NCBI GenBank assembly: GCA_964409875.1
Contig: CAYPEN010000002.1
Coordinates: forward strand, 1,067 to 65,066
From: an uncultured Gammaproteobacteria bacterium
Lineage (GTDB): Bacteria; Patescibacteriota; Microgenomatia; Levybacterales; GWA1-39-11
DNA: 64,000 nucleotides
Direction: 5' to 3'
The number at the start of each line of letters is the position of its first letter. Position 1 is the first letter of the stretch. Positions 49,065 to 57,751 of this stretch are shown in pieces. The position numbers and the translations under genes were made by a program. The notes beneath the pieces are model-generated. The model made no database searches. It was not told the DNA's origin and saw only the letters and a program-made list of their open reading frames with translations.

Positions 49065-49985
49065 TTAATTCTTCTCTCTTTCCTCAAATTTTATCAGAGA
49101 GTAGCGAGCCAGACGCTCAATGCTAGGATTCTTATCTTTCATTACATCAAAATACCTCATAACGATTCCTAATGCATCTTTCCACTCTCCAAGGTAAACT
49201 TCTGACAAAGGCTTGACACTATGCTTACCGGTTGCGACACGGCGGATAAATTCAATAACTTCACCGACATTTCTATTAGGCCACTCTTCTCCCCAAACGA
49301 CCATTGATGAAAATTCTTTTTTTAAATTCTTTTTTATGAGCTCATCTATTTTTTTGTATTCGCGCTCCACCCACTCGCCGTCAATGTTATTCAGCTTTTG
49401 TGCTAATTCCTCAGAAATATGAGGCTTAGGAAGTATTTTTTGCTCAATACCAGCTTTAAGAGGGGTTTCCTTCTTTTCTCTTGAGAATTTTCCCTGTTTT
49501 CTTTTTATATGCATCGACTCGATTGAACCTCTTATATACTCTGACATGGGATGCTCTCCCCAAAGAGCCGATGCCTCCTTGAGACTATCCTCAAGCGTCA
49601 TTTTATTACGAGGAGCTGGCATTGAGCTTTGTCTATGATTGACATATAAATAGGAAAAAGCGGTAAGAAGATTGTCCCGGTCACAAACAGAAACACTTGA
49701 ATAGTTATTTCCTCTCTGTTCTGTTGTTATACAATCAAACCTTTTAAGAACCGCGAGACGGTTGTTAAGCCTGTTATAATTTTCCTCCTGATTTAGTCTA
49801 TATATAGGAAGCATTGAAGGAGACATGTTGTGAAGTGTTGCATTCAAGTTATAGGCGCTTTCATCAAACCTTACGGCATTTTCACTCAGCGTATTTAAGA
49901 ATTTCTGAAAGTCTGGATTTCCTATTTTGTCGAGTTCCTCATATGTAATAAGCGGCAGGGATTGAGAATGAGGCTGTTTTTCCAT
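49065..49985 (-). CDS. Hypothetical protein
   Basis: 306 aa ORF with no recognised motif. Confidence 0.7.
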   Translation of the reverse strand: MEKQPHSQSLPLITYEELDKIGNPDFQKFLNTLSENAVRFDESAYNLNATLHNMSPSMLPIYRLNQEENYNRLNNRLAVLKRFDCITTEQRGNNYSSVSVCDRDNLLTAFSYLYVNHRQSSMPAPRNKMTLEDSLKEASALWGEHPMSEYIRGSIESMHIKRKQGKFSREKKETPLKAGIEQKILPKPHISEELAQKLNNIDGEWVEREYKKIDELIKKNLKKEFSSMVVWGEEWPNRNVGEVIEFIRRVATGKHSVKPLSEVYLGEWKDALGIVMRYFDVMKDKNPSIERLARYSLIKFEEREKN

Positions 49986-50188
49986 AAGATATAAAGTTTT
50001 GAAATCCTCCAGGAATTAGTATATGCCGAATTTATATTTTTTCAACCTCAACCGCTGCATTCCCCCAAACCCACCAACACATTCCGTGATATACAATATT
50101 CTTTATACTCCCGTCCCTCTTCTCTATCCTTGACATTCCCATTTGAACGTAGCAAAAATTAAATTACCCAAGAACTATATAGAATATA

Positions 50189-50518
50189 ATGACAAGAATT
50201 ATCTACTACACAGATGCCTCATCAAATCCGGTAAAAGACTTTATCGATTCACTCGATAACAAGCAAAAAGCTAAAATATTTAGGATATTTCAATACATAG
50301 AAGTCTATGGATTATTATCTGTTTTGCCTCATGTTAAGAAGCTTTCGGGAACAGACCTTTGGGAAATTCGAATTCTTGGCAAAGACAACCTACGGATAAT
50401 TTATGTAACTATTACTCCAGAATCAATTGTAGTGCTTCATGGATTTATCAAGAAAACTCAAAAAACATCTTCCAAAGATCTTAGTATCGCACTAAAAAGG
50501 CGAGCTAATTTGAAGTAA
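50189..50518 (+). CDS. Type II toxin, RelE/HigB (Gp49/DUF891-like)
   Basis: PVKDFI...PHVKKL...LWEIRI...RIIY...LHGFIKKTQKT. Confidence 0.88.
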   Translation: MTRIIYYTDASSNPVKDFIDSLDNKQKAKIFRIFQYIEVYGLLSVLPHVKKLSGTDLWEIRILGKDNLRIIYVTITPESIVVLHGFIKKTQKTSSKDLSIALKRRANLK

Positions 50519-50557
50519 AATATTGAATTTTGATATCATTTATGATATCATCACTCT

Positions 50558-50848
50558 ATGAGAACGAAAAATAAGATTTATACATTTAAAGAACACCTTA
50601 AAGAAAGCCTTAATGATTCGGATTTTAAAAAAGAGTGGGAGGCATCTGAAGCTGACTATCTTCTTGCTTGTCATATAATTGAGGCTAGACTCAAAAAAAA
50701 TCTTTCACAAAGAGAGCTTGCAAAAAAAATAGGCACTTCCCAGGCAGCTATTTCCCGCATCGAAAGCATGAATGGAAATCCTTCCCTTTCACTACTCAAA
50801 AGGATTGCCAACTCCCTCAGTATGAAGCTCAAAATCTCTTTCTCTTAA
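50558..50848 (+). CDS. XRE-family HTH antitoxin (HigA-like)
   Basis: LSQRELAKKIGTSQAAISRIES; downstream of the toxin. Confidence 0.88.
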   Translation: MRTKNKIYTFKEHLKESLNDSDFKKEWEASEADYLLACHIIEARLKKNLSQRELAKKIGTSQAAISRIESMNGNPSLSLLKRIANSLSMKLKISFS

Positions 50849-50959
50849 TATAATTTGCTATCATTCATTTCAATTCACTGACCTACATGCGCGCCGATTA
50901 ATGGAAATAATTGATCTACTTCATTGACTTTGAAAAAAAATGGTCCTAAGATAAATAAT

Positions 50960-51256
50960 ATGGACACTCCTGCCCAACAGAATCAAAACCCACAAACAGT
51001 ACCACCTTGGAAACAACCACACATTCCCGTGACTCAAAAGGATATGACAGGGTTGAACCCTGTCAACTTGGAGGAATATGCATATTCAAGTTTGTCTACC
51101 TATAATAATCCTCCACAGAGACCTTGGATTGAAACAAAAACTATTCTTCAATATTTTGAATCAAGTAAAAACCCTGCCACTTCATATATGGAATTTGTCC
51201 GGATGATTGATGAAGATGAACCGGAATTATCCCTACTCACCATCGAAGATGAATAA
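50960..51256 (+). pseudogene. Chimeric ORF: copy of the sulfatase N-terminus fused to a probable REP-associated tyrosine transposase C-terminal remnant
   Basis: MDTPAQQNQNP matches the 51395 N-terminus; LNP...EEYAYSS...Y...ILQYF...YMEFV resembles RAYT C-termini; junction is at a palindrome. Confidence 0.45.
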
Positions 51257-51290
51257 ATAATCAGTTGACAGGGTTCAACCCTGTCAACTG
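51045..51290. repeat. REP-like palindromes TGACAGGGTT(G/C)AACCCTGTCA (51045-51065, 51262-51290; third copy 57297-57319)
   Basis: Near-perfect palindromes with the same sequence. Confidence 0.8.
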
Positions 51291-51394
51291 TATTTCACAT
51301 ACTTTCCCTCTTCTCTCTTGACTTTCCCTTTTGAACGTAGCAATATTAAAATAAGGTATATTTTTTAGAAATTAGTAATTAGAAATTATCTAAT

Positions 51395-52987
51395 ATGGAT
51401 CCAACTGCCCAACAAAACCAAAACCCACCTCCTCAGACAGTGGCTGAACAAATGCGCGCATCGCACTTGCCTGTAACTCCACAGGAAATGCAAATAGCAC
51501 CACCCCCAACTCGTAGTTCTTTCAATTTGAAAAGCCCTTTAATTTTTGTACTGATGATTATATTTATTTTTACCGCCGGACTAACCTATCGATATTTATC
51601 TTCTAAAAGCACGCTAATTTCAAAAAAAGAAACAGCTCTTACTACTAGCGAGCAAAAAAATAAAAAGAATATAATTGTTATTGATATCTGCAGCGCCCGT
51701 GCCGACCACTTCTCGTACAATGGATATTTTAGACAGACAACTCCAAATATCGACAAGTTGGCTGCAAAATCAACCGTCTTTACCAATGGCTGGACTCAGT
51801 CTGGCTGGTGCCTCCCAAATTTTGCAACAATGCTTACGGGAACCCGGCCCCATGTTAATAAAATAATTACTCCAAATAGCGACTTGTCCCATTTAGATAA
51901 GAATCTTTTAACAATCCAACAAATTCTTCAAAAAGCTGGATATAGTACCGCAGGCTTTTCAGGCACACGCTGGCTTACAAAAGACACGTTTGGTCTTGTT
52001 GATAAAGGATTTGATATATTTGAAAATCCTTATGATGTTAAAAACGCTCATCCAATGGTAGGGATGTCATTTGCAAATAATCTTCCGCTGGTAAATGACT
52101 TCTTAAAGTCACAAAAGACATCTTCCCAGCCTTTTTTCCTTTATATAACTGTTGATGACCTACATTCACCCTATGCGTCACCAAATCCTAATAAATATGA
52201 CCCTAGCTATAAAGGCATACTCGATAATATACCAAATGACATGGATCAAATGTCAGATTACAGCATAGCAGGAGGCGTTTTTGACAAAATTTACAATAAC
52301 AGCGCTGATTTAAATCAAAACGATAAAGTTACAAACCAGTTAAAAAATGCTGTAGAGGAATTTAAAAAAGATCCTAAAAACATGGAACATCTTATTGCAA
52401 GATATGATGCTTCATTAAATTACGTTGACAGCATGGTTGGAAAAGTTTTAGATGAATTAGATAATGACCAATTAATGAAAAATTCAATTGTTATAATAAC
52501 GGGTCATCAAGGAGAACAATTCGGAGAGCATAATTTACTGGGACATACTGAAAGCCTTTATGAGCCGATTTTACGGGTTCCCTTCATAATCTATGATCCT
52601 GAAACCTCAAATGGATCAAGAAGAGATCAACTTGTTGAACGTATTGATATTCCCGCCACTATCCTCGATGCAACAAATCAATTACAAAGTCATCAAAATC
52701 AATTTACAGGCACAAGCCTCCTGCCCTTGCTTAAAGATAACAATATAAATTGGAAAACCACAATTTTTGCAGAGTCAAAACCTCCCCGTACACAGAAGGT
52801 AACAAATAGGGATATTGAGGAAAAAGCAGTACGAAACAAACAGTATAAATTAATCTGGGATTCAAATAAGAAAGATCAATATCAGCTTTATGATTTGACA
52901 GCAGATCCTAAGGAAACTAAAAACTTAGCATTATCTTTACCCAATGTAGTATCTGAATTAAAATTAGAGTTGGATAAAAATAATTAG
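51395..52987 (+). CDS. Membrane-anchored sulfatase-like hydrolase (alkaline phosphatase superfamily)
   Basis: NIIVIDICSARADH, TPNIDKLA, WCLPNFATMLTG, DLHSPY, YD...YVD...G, GHQGE, RVPFII, LYDLTADPKE. Confidence 0.88.
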   Translation: MDPTAQQNQNPPPQTVAEQMRASHLPVTPQEMQIAPPPTRSSFNLKSPLIFVLMIIFIFTAGLTYRYLSSKSTLISKKETALTTSEQKNKKNIIVIDICSARADHFSYNGYFRQTTPNIDKLAAKSTVFTNGWTQSGWCLPNFATMLTGTRPHVNKIITPNSDLSHLDKNLLTIQQILQKAGYSTAGFSGTRWLTKDTFGLVDKGFDIFENPYDVKNAHPMVGMSFANNLPLVNDFLKSQKTSSQPFFLYITVDDLHSPYASPNPNKYDPSYKGILDNIPNDMDQMSDYSIAGGVFDKIYNNSADLNQNDKVTNQLKNAVEEFKKDPKNMEHLIARYDASLNYVDSMVGKVLDELDNDQLMKNSIVIITGHQGEQFGEHNLLGHTESLYEPILRVPFIIYDPETSNGSRRDQLVERIDIPATILDATNQLQSHQNQFTGTSLLPLLKDNNINWKTTIFAESKPPRTQKVTNRDIEEKAVRNKQYKLIWDSNKKDQYQLYDLTADPKETKNLALSLPNVVSELKLELDKNN

Positions 52988-52992
52988 AAAAA

Positions 52993-53772
52993 ATGAGCAC
53001 AAAATTTTTGACGGCTGTAGCTTTACTTGTATTAATCGGTGTAATCGGTGTAACAGTGTATTTATATATACTCAATCATTCAAGTTCAAAACAAACAGAA
53101 AATAATACTGTTCAAACACAGATCACTGACAAAGTACGTGATACGGCTATTCATATATGCGACAAAAAAGTATATACCTCACTTAATGAAGCTCTCAAAA
53201 ATCCGGAAAAAGTCTGTACACTCGACCTCTCAGGCCAAAAGCTGGCAACGCTTCCTTCAGGAATTTCAAAACTAACAAATTTAGAGTCACTTTATATAGG
53301 AAATAACCAGCTGAAAGAATTACCTGGTGAAATATTTCAGCTTAAGCTTTTAGTAAGACTAGATGCACCAGGCAATCAAGTTCAATTTATTCCAAGTGAA
53401 ATTGAAAATCTTACCAATCTTCAAATCCTTAACCTTAATAATAACCAAATTTTGATTGTACCAAAGCAGATTGGGAATCTTAAAAATTTAACAGACCTTC
53501 TCCTGGGAAATAATTCCCGTCAATTATCAGCAAATGTAAATTCTAAAGATGATGTTCCGCATCAAAAATTAAGTCAACTGCCTGATGAGATTAAAAACCT
53601 TACCAGTCTTTCAAATTTGGTCCTAATTAACGATGGGTTTGATAATGCTGAAAAAATGAGAATAAAGCAGCTAATGGGAAGGCCGGGTGTTGTTCATTTT
53701 GATACCCTTACTACAATTGAGTCAGAAATTATTCCCTCTGCATCACCTACGGCGGGTCCGACAAATAAGTAA
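52993..53772 (+). CDS. Membrane-anchored leucine-rich-repeat protein
   Basis: LxxLxLxxNQLxxLPxEI repeats after an N-terminal TM. Confidence 0.88.
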   Translation: MSTKFLTAVALLVLIGVIGVTVYLYILNHSSSKQTENNTVQTQITDKVRDTAIHICDKKVYTSLNEALKNPEKVCTLDLSGQKLATLPSGISKLTNLESLYIGNNQLKELPGEIFQLKLLVRLDAPGNQVQFIPSEIENLTNLQILNLNNNQILIVPKQIGNLKNLTDLLLGNNSRQLSANVNSKDDVPHQKLSQLPDEIKNLTSLSNLVLINDGFDNAEKMRIKQLMGRPGVVHFDTLTTIESEIIPSASPTAGPTNK

Positions 53773-53953
53773 TACTCGAGGCATTTCTTAGTAAGCCATA
53801 GAGACAATATTATTGCTTAAAGGTAAGTTAAATTTATTAAGTCTATGCCAATACTAAAAAGCGTTTCTGTGATATTCTGCTGTAGAATAGTAAAAACAGC
53901 ATCCGCGCTATAGAAAGATAATTACAAACTACAATAAACAGCTTAAAAACTTT

Positions 53954-56900
53954 TTAATAGCACCCTAGTGGACCTTGCGGCGACAGGCACACAACACCTG
54001 AACCCATACACATATCTCCGCTCAAAGCACACGATGCATTTCCATTTATTGCAGTTTGTCCACAGGACACTGTTGTCGCAGTCGTCGATGAACAACTAGT
54101 GTTACCAGCTGACGAACAGAACGCTGAACCACAACAACCTACGTAATTCGGGGGAGGGCCGCAATCGTAACCTACACATTGGCTGGTCTGAACAATTGCA
54201 GCACAAACATATCCAGAAAATTGACCATTTGCGCTCGTACCTAAGTAACTTGTCATAGAATTACTGCAATTGTAGTCAAAGCTCCCATCTCCTCTGTTTG
54301 TAGTCTGGTAGCTTCCACTGTATCCTGGGTTGGCAGTTGCATTGCCATCGTAACAATCAAGGCCAGATGAAGTTGCTCGATACCCTGAAGGAAGTGAAGC
54401 ACCTGAGCATACATTTGAAGGTGTTGTGCTCGTTGTGTACCCATCACCGTCAGAATCCTGATACCCACTCAAATTCTGCCATTTTGTCGCGTCGCTATCA
54501 TTACAATCGGTACCCGGACTTGAATTAAATCCCGCAGGCAAAGCGCCTCCAGAACAAACAGGCGTAGCGGAATTTCCAACTACCCCGTCCTTGTCCCCAT
54601 CAACATAGGCATTTAAATTTTGGTATAAATTTATATTATTGTCATTACAATCGTTAGCATTCATAGACCATGGACCTGTGGGAGTATTATTGGCTACGCA
54701 AAGTGTTGTCGTTGCATAATTTGACCTAAGTCCGAATATAATTACACCTCCATATCCGGAAGACGACAAAGTTGCGCTTTTTACGCCTGTTGGACCTGCA
54801 CTATTCTGCATAACATCTGATATTGATACCATTCTTCCTCCTGTATTATTTGTATCCGCCCTCTCTGTCATGCCTGCAGGTGGCGTCCAAGAAGCTAACC
54901 CTGAACTTCTATATGCACCCGCAACCACAACAATCAATTCATAAGGGTATGATGTAGTTATTCCGGAAGAAGTTTGAAAAGCTGTTTGGAGAGAGTTATT
55001 ATTCCCAATTACAGTCACCTGAGAAGTATCAACTGGACTTGAGGAATTCACATTATCATATGCAACAATGTTACCTGCAAATGCCGTTACATTAGGACTT
55101 GCACTCCATGTATATGATGCAGGTTCTCCTCCTACTGCTACTTTATAGTAAACCGCAGTAGAAGACACTGTGGGCGAATTGTTGTCTACACGGTTTATCA
55201 AATTCCAACCTGCTGGAGGGGTTAATACTATGCTCGAACCACCAAAGGTAATGGATGCGATCAAAACAACTCCACTATCTACTCCTGCTGCAGGATTGTT
55301 AATAGTGACACTTGCCGTGGAGCCTGTATTATATCCTGTGCCTGCTGCACTTCCCTTAAATTGTATTGTTGAACTTGCTCCATTATGATCACCGTCGTTG
55401 TCGGCATACACAGTCGTATTTACGCAGCTTGAGGGGGTTGTGACATACGATGTTGCGGATGCTGTACCTGCACCTGCTGCATTTTTGGCCTTAACTGCAT
55501 ATCCATAAGTAGTGGTTTGCGAGACGGTGTTGTCAGTATAAGAAGTCAAAGCAGTGCTTGTTAATGTTGCAGAAGGTGAACATGATCCGTTTGTGCAGCG
55601 CAATAAATCATATCCATTGGTTATCGACGGCACTGCACCGCCTGTCTGAGTTCCACTCCAACTAATTGAGGTCTGGTTATAGGCAGGAGCCGAAACATTC
55701 ACTGTCGTTGGTGCGCAAGGCGTGCCATTAGAATCGTCCTGACAGTCGGTTGCCCCGCTTCCTAATGCGCTTCCCGCATCCATATATGTATATGCGCCTG
55801 GAGTAGCGCTCGTGGTAAAAGGCAAAACCGCCGTGTCGTACCGTGTACCATTTGCATTTGTTGCCATAACACAGAAGTAATAGGTTTGATTTGCCGAAAG
55901 GCTAGGCAATGTTGCTTGTGTCGTGGCACCGGATAAATTTGATGTCCCAGTTAGCCCTGTTGGCCCGGCAAGCGTATTCGGCTGGAGGTTACATGCAACG
56001 CCGGGCGTAGTTCCCCACAGATAGCTGATGCTGGTGCTTGCACCATTTGGATTTACTGTTGAGTTAAGTATTGCCGAATTCGTCGTAAGACTGCTCGCCG
56101 CACTTGTTGTAACAGTTGGCGCTGCAGGGGGCGTACTCCATACCATTGCATAAAGGCCGGTACATCGTTCAGTCGATGAGGTACTACCATTTAAAACACC
56201 TATTTCGATTGCATCAAGAGTCGCTGTTGTCCAACCAGACCCATTATTTGGATTTGTGTCATTGAGTTTAGCTAAAGATGCATAGGCTCCTATACCAGGA
56301 TCACTAGAAGTTGTATCACTATTAGTGATACCTGGAGAATTTGTCCGTAAACGGACTATAGTACCAGGAGAACTACCAGCTTCTGTTTTGCATATAGTTA
56401 ATGTTTTAACTGTTCCAATTCCATTAGATACTCCAGCAGTCGAACTGCTGTCGACAGTAAATGTAGATACATTTCCAGCTGTGTTTGCATCGCGGATATA
56501 GGTAGTATCTCCATTTGGCGGCACTTCATTAACCTGATTATACGCTGTTCCTGTTCCAGTTCCCCATAATTGAGCAAAACCAGCTCCTTTCGGCTTTAAA
56601 ATATTTACCTGCCCCGCCCCGGGATAAGCAGAATCGCTTATTGCAACATCGTCATAGTACCAATTGGCTGTATATGAATTTATCGGATCACCTAGAACAA
56701 GTTGATCCTGTGTGTAATTATAAGATGTCCATGTTTGAGGAGTCCCACCATCCACTTTGGCTTCACTTAGTCCGTTAGAAACGATTTTTGCCTCAATTCT
56801 ATACCATGTACCAGCGTTAAGAGTGGCTATATTTGCAGAGAAGCCGCTAGCACCAAATCCTGTTAGTACACCGGAAGAATTCACATAGAGACTTGCTATA

Positions 56901-57280
56901 TTGTTACTACCAGAATCTCTCCATGCAGAAATAAGCAAATTGCTTCCAGGCAAACTTCCCATATAGAAATAAAAGGTATAATACGTGGCAGCTGTGCGCC
57001 CTAAGAATGCACCATTACCATTGGTTGCTAAACCACGAATGGTAACGCCTCCATTTGTTCCACTAGGATTTATGCGAAGTGCATAATTTCCAGTACGCTT
57101 AGTTAATGACTGAATAGAATAAGTTCCATTTGTACTATATAATTCGGAAGAATCACCTGTCTCAAATCCAGTTATATTTAAATAAGCAGCTTCGGATTTT
57201 TGAACGAAGGCGAAACCACTGAAAATAACCAACAGCAAGCTAGCAAGTACTATTTTGTTAATAAATCCTATTTTTTTCAT
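53954..57280 (-). CDS. Large secreted surface protein (lectin-like, FN3-like, Ca-binding DxDxDG/DCND repeats, Cys-rich C-terminus)
   Basis: Signal peptide; VNPNG...T FN3-like motif; DGDKDG, DSDGDG, DCYD motifs. Confidence 0.8.
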   Translation of the reverse strand: MKKIGFINKIVLASLLLVIFSGFAFVQKSEAAYLNITGFETGDSSELYSTNGTYSIQSLTKRTGNYALRINPSGTNGGVTIRGLATNGNGAFLGRTAATYYTFYFYMGSLPGSNLLISAWRDSGSNNIASLYVNSSGVLTGFGASGFSANIATLNAGTWYRIEAKIVSNGLSEAKVDGGTPQTWTSYNYTQDQLVLGDPINSYTANWYYDDVAISDSAYPGAGQVNILKPKGAGFAQLWGTGTGTAYNQVNEVPPNGDTTYIRDANTAGNVSTFTVDSSSTAGVSNGIGTVKTLTICKTEAGSSPGTIVRLRTNSPGITNSDTTSSDPGIGAYASLAKLNDTNPNNGSGWTTATLDAIEIGVLNGSTSSTERCTGLYAMVWSTPPAAPTVTTSAASSLTTNSAILNSTVNPNGASTSISYLWGTTPGVACNLQPNTLAGPTGLTGTSNLSGATTQATLPSLSANQTYYFCVMATNANGTRYDTAVLPFTTSATPGAYTYMDAGSALGSGATDCQDDSNGTPCAPTTVNVSAPAYNQTSISWSGTQTGGAVPSITNGYDLLRCTNGSCSPSATLTSTALTSYTDNTVSQTTTYGYAVKAKNAAGAGTASATSYVTTPSSCVNTTVYADNDGDHNGASSTIQFKGSAAGTGYNTGSTASVTINNPAAGVDSGVVLIASITFGGSSIVLTPPAGWNLINRVDNNSPTVSSTAVYYKVAVGGEPASYTWSASPNVTAFAGNIVAYDNVNSSSPVDTSQVTVIGNNNSLQTAFQTSSGITTSYPYELIVVVAGAYRSSGLASWTPPAGMTERADTNNTGGRMVSISDVMQNSAGPTGVKSATLSSSGYGGVIIFGLRSNYATTTLCVANNTPTGPWSMNANDCNDNNINLYQNLNAYVDGDKDGVVGNSATPVCSGGALPAGFNSSPGTDCNDSDATKWQNLSGYQDSDGDGYTTSTTPSNVCSGASLPSGYRATSSGLDCYDGNATANPGYSGSYQTTNRGDGSFDYNCSNSMTSYLGTSANGQFSGYVCAAIVQTSQCVGYDCGPPPNYVGCCGSAFCSSAGNTSCSSTTATTVSCGQTAINGNASCALSGDMCMGSGVVCLSPQGPLGCY

Positions 57281-57315
57281 TGTTTCGTTTCACTCCGTGA
57301 CAGGGTTGGACCCTG

Positions 57316-57711
57316 TCACTTCACTACCACCTTTCCTTTATGGCCTGCTTCATCTACATATGTATATGTACCATCCTTTTCAAACAGGCTTGTTGCAATA
57401 TCATGCCCATTGAAGACAAACTCCTTGGAGTATTGCACCTCACCCTCCCACTTCAAAAGCACTTTTTTATCCAGTGGGTTGGTGAAGCGCACTAACATTC
57501 CTTTTGAAATGACGATTTCTTTTGGCGAAAAACCTGACGGCAACACCCGCACAACTGCAAAGCTCGGCTCTTTGGTGGGAGTTGGCCCTGTCATAGAAGT
57601 ACTGGTGCTTTTTCCACCCTTTTTAGGCGAGAGAAAACCAAATCCCAGCGCAACAAGACCGATAAGTACGGCGACTCCTATAAGTAATAATGCTACTCGT
57701 TTTGTTTCCAT
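57316..57711 (-). CDS. Membrane-anchored cupredoxin-fold-like protein
   Basis: GFSPKEIVISKG..VRFTN...FEKDGTYTY...GKVVVK; no Cys ligand. Confidence 0.7.
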   Translation of the reverse strand: METKRVALLLIGVAVLIGLVALGFGFLSPKKGGKSTSTSMTGPTPTKEPSFAVVRVLPSGFSPKEIVISKGMLVRFTNPLDKKVLLKWEGEVQYSKEFVFNGHDIATSLFEKDGTYTYVDEAGHKGKVVVK

Positions 57712-57751
57712 ATTCTCTTAACTTTCCCTTTAAACTTCCAACTTCTATCAC

